Assembly: GCF_001194135.2 (NCBI RefSeq)
Contig: NC_068982.1
Coordinates: 149,371,456-149,435,455 of the forward strand
Direction of reading: 5' to 3'
Length of the DNA: 64,000 nucleotides
Source: Octopus bimaculoides
Taxonomy: Eukaryota
The notes beneath the pieces are model-generated. The model did not search any database. It was not told the DNA's origin and was given only the letters and a program-made list of their open reading frames with translations. A program made the translations under genes and the position numbers. Positions 13,431 through 25,499 of this stretch are shown here, piece by piece. Positions within the stretch are counted from its first letter, which is position 1; the number at the start of each line of letters is the position of its first letter.

Positions 13431-13597
13431 GCATAACTGCTGTTTTGACATTCTTTGTCAATAATATGAGTGACCAGTTAATATTTTTTGAAGACCTGTG
13501 GAATAGAAAAAATCTCTTACTTGAAAAACGAAGTTGGATTCATGATAAGAAAAGCCTCTGCCTGTAAACTTGTGCCTCAAAATCTTGAGATTGTTGT

Positions 13598-13888
13598 ATC
13601 GTGTGTATATATATATACATACATACATATGTATGTGTGTGTGTATTTAAATCTGTGTCTTTGTGTCTGTGTTTGTCCCCCCACCATTGCTTGACGATCA
13701 ATGTTGATGCGTTTATGTCCTCATAACTTAGTGATTCAGCAACAGAAACTGATAGAATAACTACTAGGCTTACAAAGAATAAATCCTGGCATCAATTTTT
13801 TTGAATAAGACCCCTTAACGCAGTGCTCCAGCATTGCCACAGTCAAATGACTGAAAGAAGTAAAAGAAAAGAATAAAGAATAAAAGAA
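13598..13888 (+). mobile_element. SINE family A, 3' half
   Basis: gtttgtcccccc..cttagtgattcagcaacagaaactgatagaata..gtgctccagcattgccacagtcaaatgactgaa. Confidence 0.85.
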
Positions 13889-14049
13889 TGCTAAGACAAT
13901 TTGGACAGCCTTAGTGGGAATCATTCATACTAAATATAAGAGTTATTGATCACTTTACAAATTATATTTGGTAGGACCTGATATTTTGGCATCATAACAG
14001 TGCAACCCTTTCTGAAGCTGGAAGAAAAAGTTAAAAAGAAACCCAAAAC

Positions 14050-14270
14050 ATTTTTTTTTCCTACTATATGCACAAGGACTGAGATTTTGGGGGAGGTGGG
14101 CGGGAGTCGATTAGATCAACCCCAGTACGCAACTGGTACTTAATTTATCAACCCCCAAAAGGATGAAAGGCAAAGTCAACCTTGGCGGAATTTGAACTCA
14201 ACATAAAGACAGACAAAATACCGTTAAGCATTTCACCCAGCATGCTAATGTTTCTGCCAGCTCACTACCT
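14050..14270 (-). mobile_element. tRNA-derived SINE family B
   Basis: The reverse complement of ggtagtgagctggcagaaacattagc..gagttcaaattccgccaaggttgactttgcctttcatcc..gataaattaagtaccag. It is flanked by aaacccaa direct repeats. Confidence 0.9.
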
Positions 14271-14440
14271 TAAACCCAACAATTATTATTATTTTTAATA
14301 TCACTGCTGTTATTTACCCCACAAGTCAACACCGATTGAAGAAATCTTTGATTAAAAGCATTCCTCCCAGGACCATTCCATCTGTTATTCAAATATCCAA
14401 ACTATCACTCTTTTTTCTGGGTTTTTTTTTTTTTTTGATA

Positions 14441-14940
14441 GGCACTGGCATTGCTGTATAGTTATTAAGAAGCTTGCTAGGCAACCACATGGTTTTGAGT
14501 TCAGTCCTGTTGTGTGGCACCTTGGGCAAGTGCCTTCTACTATAACCACAGGCCAACCAATACCTTGTGAGTGAATTTACTAGATGGAAACTGTATGGAA
14601 GCTTGTCATATATATGTGTGTGTGTATGTGTGTGTGTGTGTGTAAAGAGATAAACAGACAGACAGACAAATAGATGTGTGTGTGTGTGTATGTGTGTATC
14701 TTTGTGTTTAGTTTATCCTCACCGCCACCACCACTACTTTGGCACTGTTATTATCTTGTTTGCATCTCTGTAACATAGCAGTTTGGCAAATAAAACTGAC
14801 AGAATAATTATCAAACTTAAAAATAAATACTAGAGTTAATTTGTTTGACAAAAAAAAAATCCCTTCAAGGCAGTGCCCCAGCATCATGGCCACAGTCCAA
14901 CAACTGAAACAAGTTAAATCTAAAATATAAAAGATAAAAT
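14441..14940 (+). mobile_element. SINE family A
   Basis: Same family motifs as the other copies. Confidence 0.85.
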
Positions 14941-15257
14941 TTAAAGATGACAAGGCTATGATCCAAGGGAAATTTGGCTGTTATTTCAGGCTGGTCATGC
15001 AACTTCATAGAGACTGTGATGTTGGCTTCTCTAAAATGTGGTTGACATGTTTTCTAAAGTTCGAACAACAAACTGTTGCTAATGGGTTACTCCTACAAAT
15101 ACTTAAATATTAAACTATAAAAGTTATAATTGCCATCTAAAATATTCAGAATCTTTGTAAGTACAGAAATCTTCTTAGTGAGTGCACAATTCATCAATAG
15201 GCAGCACTGATTCATCTTAATCTCAAACACTTCCATTAATATCACGACTGTCTGTAG

Positions 15258-15533
15258 TTGACAGTTGCCTGAAAATTAATAGCAGTTGCCTGAAGGAACT
15301 TCTGTTTAAATTTGCTTTTGGAGTGGAATACATGTAAGTGAGCTGAAGCAGACCATTGCTCGTTTCTTCTAACTCTGGTAGCAATTTTTTTGTTGATATT
15401 ATATTTTTTATTTTATTTTCTTTACAGCGTCAGTATAATCGTGTTTTATGAAAATCTATTACTAATGAGATCCAGATCTTACCCAGGCAAGGAAAAAGTT
15501 CTTCACTCATTCAAGACCATCAGTCGACAATAA
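15258..15533 (+). other. Candidate two-exon fragment separated by a 94-nt GT-AG intron (15334-15427)
   Basis: A donor cat|GTAAGT, a CTAAC branch-like site and a long T-rich tract ending TTTACAG|. One frame is open across the junction (..LKELLFKFAFGVEYIVSIIVFYENLL..KTISRQ*). I recognise no homologue. Confidence 0.3.
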
Positions 15534-15949
15534 AACTCAACTATGTTTGCCGTCTTTGATCTTACAGTAACAAATTATGTGTGAAACAAAATGTAGCACT
15601 ATATTGACGTAATTAATCTGATAAACACATAGAAGTGAGAATTCCTAGTAATTTTAAATTATCTTATAAACACAAGCCATGCTGTAGTATAAGGAAATGC
15701 TTGATACAGTATCTAGTGAAAGAACATAACTCACAATGCTTGCTCCTAATATTCCCATTCTACTACAACATCAACCTAAAAGAAAAAAAAACCAAATGAA
15801 GACATTCATAAGGAAAAGCCTTGACCGTTGGTCAAGGCTTCCTTACGGTCATTAGAAATCAGTGATTATAGTGTTTACATGTTTTTTTTTCTCTTGGTGG
15901 TGGTGGTGGGAGGTTCATTTTCCATTTGTCTTTGAGGACATTTTTACAT

Positions 15950-16390
15950 ACCTCTGACACAGACTGGAGCATGGTGGGCAAAAGCCCCAACTCTTTATTG
16001 TCCTCAAATTAGAGTTCTTAATTGAATACTTGCAAAACTAGAGGGCCCAGCAACAGCCCTCAATAAAAGCATTTAAGGGCCAGTTGATGTTAAACCAGGT
16101 AATAGATTAAGTTTACCACACGTTACAAATGTCAAAGTAAACTAGCATCCTACAACACCAAACCAATAAAATAGTGAACTCAATTTTAAATGTTGCCAAC
16201 CAACACACTGGAATTTCAGCCAGTTTCAAAGATAAATATCATCAAAACTGTAAGAGTTTTGAAATAGAATTTAAAGTTACCAGTAAAGATGATAAGTTCA
16301 TTGATAAAGTTAGGATTATACTAATGGAAAAATTGAGTATAATTAAAACTTTCCCATTTACTACAAATACTAGACCTCAAAATTTCTGAT
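15950..16390 (+). mobile_element. Highly decayed Penelope-like endonuclease fragment
   Basis: TGISASFKDKYHQNCKSF and IILMEKLSII resemble the PLE motifs YIG..FK.RY..H..SF and CL.EKL.II. Confidence 0.4.
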
Positions 16391-16929
16391 GATTTCACTT
16401 GGTGATCTCATCTCACATCCATAACTTTGGAGAAACTGAATCACAAAGACTGGCCTTTCCCTTTAGAGCAAGAAAATAATTCAGCTCACAACAGTTCCTA
16501 ACCCTCTACAATGCTTAAATGAGACCCTTATTAATACTAGAGCTGTGTTGTGCTACTCTTGAACACATATAAACATCACAGACTCACTCAGACAAAAAAA
16601 CTATTTGGATTGAGTTGCTCACCAATACAATCCAACTTCCAGCCCATAGATGTCCTGCCTTCTTATTTTGCCTTTTATACAGTGGTTGGATATTTTTGAA
16701 ATATTAATATTTATTATAACACTCATGTGATTTACCCAACAAGATCCTTAGTCTCTAAAATTATGAGAAAGTTTCCTCTTATCAGTGTTCAATATTTGTT
16801 TTCATTTTTCTTAATTTTTCATTCAATAATGCAATAAAATCTGATATTTCACTCTACTTTTAGAATCTCTCATGTTATGGAAGTAATGCATTTCTGGAAA
16901 GCTTGCAGTAATACAAAATCATAGTACAC

Positions 16930-17300
16930 TTGCACTAAGTGATTCTGAAAAGAAACAATCATGGAAGTGCTATGATGAAAGGTTACTAAATGTGGTAAAT
17001 GCATGGGGGAAAGAGAGTCTTTCAAATGTGAACCTGATAGAAAGGCGAGTCATTCTACTTGACAGCAGTATGACAGATAAAGCAATTAAGAATATGAAGA
17101 CAGAGAAAGCCCCTAGTCCATGAGGAATTATGGCTGAGATGCTTAAAATATCAGACAGAAGAGAGATTAATCAGAGATGTAGTTGAGGGGAGGTGCTCAT
17201 ATATACAATATAGTATTTAATTAGTGTATACAAGGAAACAAGAATGTTTTATATAATGCTACAGTGTCTGACTGCAAGGAAGCAGTTGACTAATGAATAT
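16930..17300 (+). mobile_element. RTE-clade LINE ORF2 fragment
   Basis: Decayed translation of ..ERLLNVVNAW..SSMTDKAIKNMKTEKAPSP*GIMAEMLKIS.., the spacer and KAPG region before the RT domain. Confidence 0.7.
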
Positions 17301-17304
17301 TCTT

Positions 17305-17800
17305 ATAGTTCAGGTCTTTGTTGTTCTTATTGTGACAGATTTCCAACTCTTTCTGTATGGGCAGTAAATCTTTAATTCATTCCCTGTATTAAGAAAATGG
17401 TCTTCGTTTGCTAATAGAATATCTAACTTCTCTTTTGTACACAGTCCACAGAGATGCCTCCCCCACCTGTAGTAAGGCAGGAAAGATATTACTACCAACC
17501 ATTTCAAGCTATTGTTAACGTTTCTATTTGCCATATTATGGATGTATTCCAACAAGAAATTTGAGAACCTATGTCTAGGGTTCAAGAAGGAATGCCTGTG
17601 CATTAAGAGGTACTGCTTCACAAGTTCACTGTAGCTCCTATATATTACTTTATTACTTATGACAATCCTGTGTCTCCACCTCAAATATTGGTTTATATTG
17701 GCCCGTTAATAGCACCATTTGAGCTATTGGTCACAGTCATCTTGGACGTTCTAGTCCAGATTGTCAAGGCAAGGAGATCAAGACAATCTGTCTTGCTATA
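17305..17800 (-). mobile_element. Penelope-like GIY-YIG endonuclease fragment
   Basis: HRHSFLNPRHRFSNFLLEYIHNM..LKWLVV..HLCGLCTKEKLDILL..LNTGNEL follows the PLE C-terminal consensus. Confidence 0.75.
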
Positions 17801-18074
17801 ATTGTTGACGACCAGTATAAAGATATCTGTACACTGGTGGATATCTCAATCCTTTTTGAGACAAACGTGACCCAGAGGAAATGAAAAATTTACCAAAACA
17901 CAAAGCTTCTGAAATTAATGTAAGTAGGATCATCATCATCATCACCATCATTTAACGTCTGCCTTCCATCCTTGCATGGGAGGGATGAATACAAATAATA
18001 ATTAGAACATTAGATGTGGTTTTTTTAAAAACAAATTTGGTCAAAAACAACCAAACCATTTCAGTGTTCATAAT

Positions 18075-18345
18075 ATTGGTTTCAAATTTTGGCACAAGGC
18101 CAGCAAGTTCAGAGGAGACAGGGTAGGTCATTTACATTGACCCTAGTACTTGGCTGGTACTTATTTTAACAACTCCGAAAAGATGAACAATCATATGGTT
18201 CCAGGTTCAGTCTCACTGCATGGCACTTTGGGCAAGTGTCTTTTACTATAGCCTTGGGCCAAGAGCTGAATTTGAACCTGGAACATATTGACAGACATAA
18301 TGCCACTAAGTGTCTTGTCCAGGATGCTAATGATTCTGCCAACTT
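18075..18345 (-). mobile_element. SINE family B interrupted by a family A fragment (about 18190-18262)
   Basis: The family B motifs ggcacaaggccagca..ctggtacttatttt and tttgaacctgga..ctgccaact flank the family A segment ggttcagtctcactgcatggcactttgggcaagtg. Confidence 0.7.
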
Positions 18346-19122
18346 GTCACATTCCCAGTGCTCAAAATATTGCACACAGTCCAAATGACCATTTTGCTTC
18401 ATACAGCTTCATCTTATGCAACACACTTTCAATTTAATAGCACATCTCAAACCGAACACCCTCAGTACACAACACATATCCCATAAAATTACCACCCAAT
18501 AAAATAGCAATTTACAAAAGATATATTCTACAGATTATCAGTAAACATTATACAATCAACACCCAATAAAGTAACACAACACATACTCTGATATAATCGA
18601 TACCCAACACTATAATACCCAACAGCTCACATTCTCTTCAGTTACCACTCATTCATACAACACAGCCCACACAGTGCAGATTCTACACAATCAATATCCT
18701 GCGCTAAGAAACATACCATTAATCACATTTAAGAAATAAAACTGCCCCCTTGTCCAACAAAAGCTCTCTGAAATCACTTTCACAAAAACATTAGAATTCA
18801 TCTTACCTCAAAAGTCTTGATTTCATATAACATAAATGCATTATATATCTGAATTATTTTAAGGAAAATAAGGCTTCAGATGTTGATAATAGGTTTAACA
18901 ATCCAATATGTGCCAAAACACTTTTATAGACAAAGCCATTTCAATATATTGATAGATGTATCAATGCTCTTCTATGTATGTATGTATGTATGTATGTATG
19001 TGTGTGTGTGTGTGTGTCTATGTCTGTGTGTACATATGTGTATATATGTATACAAATGTATGTGTATATATATATGTGTGTGTCTGTATGTTTGTATATA
19101 TATATATTTTTTTTTTTTCATA

Positions 19123-19285
19123 GGTGCAGGCATGGCTGTGTGGTAAGAAGTTTGCTTCTCAGCCACATGGTCCCGGATTCAGTCTCACTGCATGGCACCT
19201 TGGGCAAGTGTCTTTTACTATAGCCTTGGGCAAGCCAAAGCCTTGTGAATGGATTCAGTAAATGGAAACTAAAAGAAAGCCTGTC

Positions 19286-19333
<48 letters not shown>

Positions 19334-19528
19334 GTATGTATGCATGTATGTATGTATGTATATATGTATGTATGTATATATGTCACTTAACCAATGTTGG
19401 TAGGTCTGCATCTCTGCAAAAGAGACCAATAGAATAAGTCCTGGGGTCAATTTCTATGACTAAAACCCATTAAGGTGCTGCTCTGGCATGACTGCAGTCA
19501 AATGACTGAAACATGTAAAAGAATAGAT
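19123..19528 (+). mobile_element. SINE family A
   Basis: Same family motifs as the other copies. Confidence 0.9.
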
Positions 19529-19575
19529 ATATATATATATATGTGATGTATGTATACTTGATGTGTGTGTGTGTA

Positions 19576-19685
19576 CGAGGTCTGATCAAACGGTATCAGG
19601 ATTGTTGCTATGGTAACAGAGCTAAAGTATGCAGAGGGAAGCAGCTTGGCACACACTGACTTTGAACTCTGTCTTGCATGCACAC
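19576..19685 (+). mobile_element. Mariner-type TIR/5' end fragment
   Basis: ta-cgaggtctgatcaaacggtatcaggatt resembles mariner TIRs and follows a TA dinucleotide. Confidence 0.5.
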
Positions 19686-19793
19686 TACATTATTTTTCTC
19701 TCACTTCCATTGCATAAAGAAGTGCCACTCAGTGGGACTGAACCCAGAAGCATGTGGTTGGTAAGCCAGCTACTTACCTCACAGAGGAATTTA

Positions 19794-19841
19794 GTCTTAC
19801 AGCTGTTTCTTGGGAATTAGAGATATCCCTTCATCAGAGAC
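19794..19841 (-). ncRNA. Minimal type-I hammerhead ribozyme
   Basis: gtct-CTGATGA-a-ggga..tccc-aa-GAAAC-agct-GTA-agac. Stem III is palindromic (acagctgt), as in dimer-acting PLE hammerheads. Confidence 0.75.
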
Positions 19842-19909
19842 GATGTGAGATGGTTACATAGAGAGAAATAGTAGAGTTACTATTTCTCTCTATGTAACCA
19901 TCTCACATC

Positions 19910-19957
19910 GTCTCTGATGAAGGGATATCTCTAATACCCCAGAAAGAACTGTAAGAT
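19910..19957 (+). ncRNA. Minimal hammerhead copy with a disrupted stem III
   Basis: gtct-CTGATGA-aggg..cccca-GAAA-gaact-GTA-agat. Confidence 0.6.
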
Positions 19958-20148
19958 TAAATTCCTCTTTATAAATATCCTGCAAATTCCACACAGCCTT
20001 GGCTTTGTTGTCTCATTTTATTTAACATATACATACTCATACAAGACCCACATTAGACTCCTCACTTGTATCATTATCAAATAGAGAGTCTAACTATGCA
20101 CTTACAATGCCTTACTTGCCACTTTGGGTCTTCTTGGATACCAATACC

Positions 20149-20179
<31 letters not shown>

Positions 20180-20236
20180 AAGGAGACCACTAGGTGGACT
20201 GTTAATATGCTAGAAGAAGATCACAGATATATATAT

Positions 20237-20849
20237 ATCTGTAAATAATATGTGACAATTATTCAGTAGCCATGATAAAACTCCGAATTTCGGATGCTGG
20301 GGTGGAAACCCACGCCGCCATCTTTTCAGTTATCTGGCCATCAAAGAATGCTATGAAAATGACCGTTAAACAAAGGGAAATTACTGTGTGATTGACCATT
20401 ATTAAGACAAAAGAGCTATTAGAATGACCGCTAAGTGAGGGGCCTTATTGCATGCGTGTGTATGTGTGCGAGCATGTTGCGCGCACGCGCGTGTGTGTGT
20501 GTGTGTGTGAGCGTGTATGTGGGTATATGTATATATNNNNNNNNNNGGCACATCTACGTGAGTGTGTGGGCACGCATGTGTATGTATGGACTGGTGCACT
20601 TACGTGAATACTACGGGCATTTTTACTCTCTTACTTTTACTCCTTCCCCTCACTTAGCGGTCATTCTAATAGCTCTTTTGTCTTAATAATGGTCAACCAC
20701 ACAGTAGTCTCTTTGTTTAACAGTCATTTTCATAACATTCTTTGATGGCCGGATAACTGAAGAGATGGCGGCGTGGGTTTCCACCCCAGCATCCGAAACT
20801 CAGAGTTTTATCATGGCTACCGAATAAGTGTCACATATTATTTACAGAT
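20237..20849. mobile_element. Inverted-repeat cassette 3 (about 205-bp arms, microsatellite spacer containing a 10-N gap) with two divergent hammerheads
   Basis: 20237-20442 is the reverse complement of 20646-20849, with scattered substitutions. Confidence 0.85.
20752..20812 (+). ncRNA. Type-I hammerhead ribozyme (GUU triplet)
   Basis: gataa-CTGAAGA-gatg..catc-c-GAAAC-tcaga-GTT-ttatc. The minus-strand partner at about 20273-20334 reads CTGAAAA (G8A). Confidence 0.65.
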
Positions 20850-21419
20850 AAATTCCTCTATTTACATAATATCAAGGTCTCTTTCTTTCTTTTGTTGTCT
20901 TACCTTTCCTATCAATATATATATATATATATATACATATATGTATGTATGTATGTATTTCTTAAGATCAAAGATGGAAAATTATGCCATAATGATACAG
21001 ATATTGATAAGATCTTCAATGTTTTCAAGTTTTTTGCATTCAAGTTTCAGCATAATTAACTAAAAGAAAACGTATTTGGCACCTTTCTATTTTCTATTTA
21101 AATGTTTGTATTTGTAGATATGGATACACATAATCTCTCTTGATTTTATGATACAAATTTCTCATCAATGAAGAAAGAGATAGTTTCTAGAATCAAGACT
21201 CTTTCATTGGAATTTAGACTGCATCAACAGAGTACATAGATGTATGTTTGTATACAAATATGTTTGTATACAAATATGTTTGTATACAAATATGTTTGTA
21301 TGCATGTATACACATAAGCATGTATGTATGTAAGTGTGCATATACATAAATGCAAGCATGAATTTCATTGCATATGTGAACCTTATTACATGCTGAAATT
21401 CACAAATGTTTTACATACC

Positions 21420-23100
21420 TTTGATAGCTTGTAAGCATAATCTTTTGATGCGGCATGTTCTTTCTGGTTTTGTGATTCCCAGCTTCTCAAGATTGCTACA
21501 GAGACACTAACTCACAAAGCCAATTGCTCCAATAATATCACAACATAGTGTTTTAGAAACATCTTTATTTCTTTTATTGATCAGGCATGTTCTTCTCGGT
21601 GAAATGTGATATAATTATCACTAGTTTAGGAGTACGTATGCATGCATAACTTTCTGCTAATGTGATGTTGAAGTAGGTTAACCTGATTACCCTTGGTTCA
21701 TGGGGGAAAATCGTTCGCAAAAGTATCTTGTTAGGAGTTCTTCAACTATATTCATAGACTTTAGATAGTTTGCTATATCATATCAATTGATGATTTGTGA
21801 ATTCATTATCCACTTTGGATCTAAAGATAGTGTTCAATTGTCCAAAATTTTCCCTGTGTTTGCTGATATTTCTTCAGATGGAGGCGAAATTTTTCACTGC
21901 ATGTTCTCATCTCAGTCAACCTTTGTTTTCTCATCAGTTACCAAATTGTAAATGCAACACAATACTGTAAGACATCTAACGTTCAAAAGTTGGGAATTTC
22001 AGTTGTGCAATTTAATTGACCACAGGTAACATCAAGTTAGAAAGTTTCTATTCTGGTTTGGTGAAGTAAATCTTTAATCTTTTATCTTTCACTTGTTTCA
22101 GTCATTACACTGGCCATGCTGGGGTACTGCCTTGAAGAATTATTTAATCGAATGAATCGACCCCAGTACTTATTTTTTTTTTTAAAGCCTGGTACTTATT
22201 CTATAGGTCTCTTTGGACAAACCATTATGTTATGGGGATGTAAACACACCAGCACTGGTTGTCAAGCAGTGGTGGAGGACAAACAGACACACACATGCAC
22301 ACGCACACATACATACACACACACACACACACATACTACACACATACCACACACACACACATACTACACACATACCACACACACACACACATACAATAGG
22401 CTTCTTTAAGTTTCTGTCTACCAAATCCACTCACAAGGCTTTGGTCAGCTTGAGGCTATAGTAGAAGACACTTATCCAAGATGCCATGCTGTAGAACTGA
22501 ACCCAGAACCATGTGGTTGGGAAACAAGTTTCTTACCACATAGCCATGGTTAAGTTTCCTTTGAATCTCTCTGTGAGCTGTCTTCTGCATTGCTTAGAGA
22601 CTCATCACTTACTTCAGTTTGTTAATAAATGACTACTGCATACCTGGGTTATAGCAGTCATGTCTCTGTGTCATAGATTTGGTTTTCACTTTAGTTGTCG
22701 TTGATGTTCTTTGCAGTTTCCTTGGGGGAAATCTTCTGGTCTGTTCACACGCTTGTTAGCAAAAGCAATATTTCTTCTCAATGTATATTGCTTTCTCGTG
22801 TCATTGCTTTACATTGAGATGCAGTGGCATAGTACAGGTTTATAATTCTCAGGTGAAAGACAGTTTTGGTGTCTCCACTTTAATTAATAGGTGTGATATA
22901 AGCAAGAGGAAGTTTTGTGCTCTTTCACATCTGTGCCCAGTGGCAACTGCCTTGCTTATTCCTTTCTTGCTACACCTTCACTGAAATATTGGTGTTTGGA
23001 ATATTTTACATCGCAACAGTTCTTCCTCCATGTAACCAACTGAAGGATCTTCCCTAACCTTTTTGTAGAAAATCTACCAAAGATTCTCACATTGATTCCA
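21420..23100 (-). mobile_element. Decayed RTE-clade LINE (APE endonuclease to RT start) split by a SINE A insertion at about 22075-22548
   Basis: Fragments HQYFSEG and RIINLYYATASQ (APE, xVYAPT-like), TEKNMPDQ*KK, and SQNQKEHAASKDY (Q.GFR region) occur in colinear order. Confidence 0.55.
22075..22548 (-). mobile_element. SINE family A, full length
   Basis: Same family motifs as the other copies. Confidence 0.9.
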
Positions 23101-23149
23101 TAACCTCCAATATCTAGTCTCCAGTTTCCAGAGTAAACCTGGTGTTAAG

Positions 23150-23388
23150 TTTCTTTTCTTTTTTTCTATTGCCCACAAGGGGCTAAACATAGAGGGGACA
23201 AACAAGGACAGACAAAGGGACTACATCGATTACATTGACCCCAGTGTGTAACTGGTACTTATTTAATCGACCCCGAAAGGATAAAAGGCTGAGTCAACCT
23301 CGGCAGAATTTGAACTCAGAACATAGCGGCAGACGAAATACCGCTAAGCATTTCACCTGGCATGCTAACATTTCTGCAGCTTGCCGCC
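23150..23388 (-). mobile_element. SINE family B, alternative-tail subfamily
   Basis: The family B head and central domain are joined to the tail tttgtctgtccttgtttgtcccctctatgtttagccccttgtgggcaata, which is shared with 59624-59854. Confidence 0.9.
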
Positions 23389-24721
23389 TATGTGTTAAGT
23401 TGCTGTCCATTTTCCACCTGATGTTAAGTTTCTGTCCATTTTCCTTGTTTACTTACAGCTTATGATCTTATCTAAAATTACAGTTCATGATCTTATTTAA
23501 AAAGATATTTTTTAGCAAAGATCTGAAGATTACTGATATTTTCACTAGACTTGTATTTAAAGCAAAAATTTTAGAGGGCAGTATTCGTTACCAGCAAAAG
23601 GAATAGCTTCCTTGATCTAATGTGGCTGAAGTTAGTACCAGGTATGCGTATGATACTGTTAAAGACATATCATCATATATCTCGGAGAAGGAAAACTCTG
23701 ATGTAAGAACTGGACTTGATGGCAGCCAATGATGTTGACTTTTTTGGGTATCATTGTTGTTCAGAGAGTGTGATGGGTTGTGTGTGCAAGGCCTCTCTTC
23801 ACTTTAAAAAGTATTATGCATGAGCATCACTTGACATACCAATGTACTCAAGAACAAGGAAGCAACTATCATGCAAGTATGTATAAATGTATGTATGTAT
23901 GCATGTATGTATGAATTTATGTACATGCATTCATTTATGTGTGCGTGCATGTATGTATGTATGTATATGTCTGAATGTAGGTGTATGTATATATGTATGA
24001 ATGCATGTATTTCTGTATGCATTCTTGTATGTATACATCTATAAACATGTATGTATGTATGTACGTATGTATGTATTAATGGATGTATGGATGTGTGTAT
24101 GTGTGTATGTATGTATTTATGTGTGTGTGTGTGTGTATATACTCGTGTGTGTGTGTATATACTCGTGTGTGTGTGTATATACTCGTGTGTATATATATAT
24201 ATATATATATAAGCTCATTCATGCATGTATTTATGTGTGCACGCATGCATGTATGTACATATGCATTCATGTATCTACATTTTAAGTGCAGATCTTTCAC
24301 CAACATATAAAGGTCAAATTAAGAGATGAGCAGAGGTACTTTTTGTTGTCTGCTGTTTCTGTTGTTGTTACTATTGTTGTCACTTTTCTGTTTTTTTTGT
24401 TCATGCATTCTTCTTAGTTTTATAAATGTCAGAGAATTGTTATTTCCACTATTAGTTACATAATCACAAGCAGTCACAGTAGAAATATGCTATGATTTAA
24501 TTCTACAGCTGACCTTACTTACCATTTTCCATTGAAATGGTAATTTGGAATAGGCAAAAGTAAGAATTGCTTCTGGTTTCCAAGTGTTAATATGATTAGG
24601 TGCATGTTTGTCACTATGCATGTGTATTCATGGGAAAACGGAAGACATTTTGTTCTGTCCTAGGTTATGCTGGAAAATGTAAGTACATGATCTTCACCAT
24701 TACTGTTATTTCTTTCCGTGA

Positions 24722-25028
24722 AGGCACATGGCTTAGTAGTTAGGGCATTCGGCTCACGATCATGAGTTCGATTCCCGGTGACGCGTTGTGTCCTTGAGCA
24801 AGATACTTTATTTCACATTGCTCCAGTCCATTCAGCTGGCAAAAATGAGTAGTACCTGTATGTCAAAGGGCCAGCCTCGTCACACTATGTGTCACGTTGA
24901 GTCTCCGAGAACTATGTTGGGGGTACACATGTCTGTGGACTGCTCAGTCACTTGCACGTTAATTTCACGAGCAGGCTGTTCTGTTGATCGTATAAGCTGG
25001 GACCTGCGTCGTCGTAACCGACGGAGTG
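24722..25028 (+). mobile_element. tRNA-derived SINE, separate family
   Basis: A-box-like tggcttagtagttagg and B-box-like gagttcgattccc, followed by gtgtccttgagcaagatact..ctccagtccattcagctggcaaaaatgagt. Confidence 0.75.
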
Positions 25029-25029
25029 T

Positions 25030-25465
25030 TATTTCTTTCCTCTAAGGTGTCAAGCTGGCAGAATCATTAACACACTGGGCAAAATGCTTAATGGTATTTC
25101 ATCCTCTGCTATGTTCTGAGTTCAAAATTTCAAGGCCTTCTGCCTTCAGTAGAAAGGATTATTTCTTTCCACTGTAAAGCAGTAAGCTAGTAGAATCACT
25201 ACCGTTTCTTCCATCTTCACTTCTGAGTTCAAATTCTGCCTGGGTTGACGTTGCCTTTCATCCTTTTGAGGTTGATAAAATGAGTTCCAGTTGGACACAG
25301 GGGTCATTCTAATCAACTTACCCCCTCCCCAAAAATTGCTAGCCTTGTGTCAAAATTTGAAACCAATATTTCTTTCTACTGTTAAGCATCGAGCTGGGAG
25401 AACCATTAGTACAGTGGGCAAAATTCTTAGTGGCATTTCATCCACTAAGATTCTGACAACTTACT
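25030..25465 (+). mobile_element. Three adjacent decayed SINE B copies or fragments
   Basis: Repeated agctggcagaatc..aaaatgctta..ttctgagttcaaatt heads at about 25030, 25180 and 25385. Confidence 0.65.
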
Positions 25466-25499
25466 GCCTTTAACATTACTAATATTACAGTTTTTCATA

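Larger units (their letters stand above)
19783..19968. mobile_element. Inverted-repeat cassette 2: 186-bp palindrome (91-bp arms, 4-nt loop) with two divergent hammerheads
   Basis: The inner 58 bp of the arms are perfectly complementary, and 5 mismatches lie in the outer 33 bp. Confidence 0.95.

Noticed and set aside
21419-21495. 77-nt minus-strand segment with good acceptor and donor sites
   Set aside because: One frame (SQNQKEHAASKDY) fits the RTE Q.GFR region and is colinear with other LINE fragments.
23610-23732. Short open frame NVAEVSTRYAYDTVKDISSYISEKENSDVRTGLDGSQ*
   Set aside because: It is bounded by stops, has no convincing splice sites and shows no recognisable homology.
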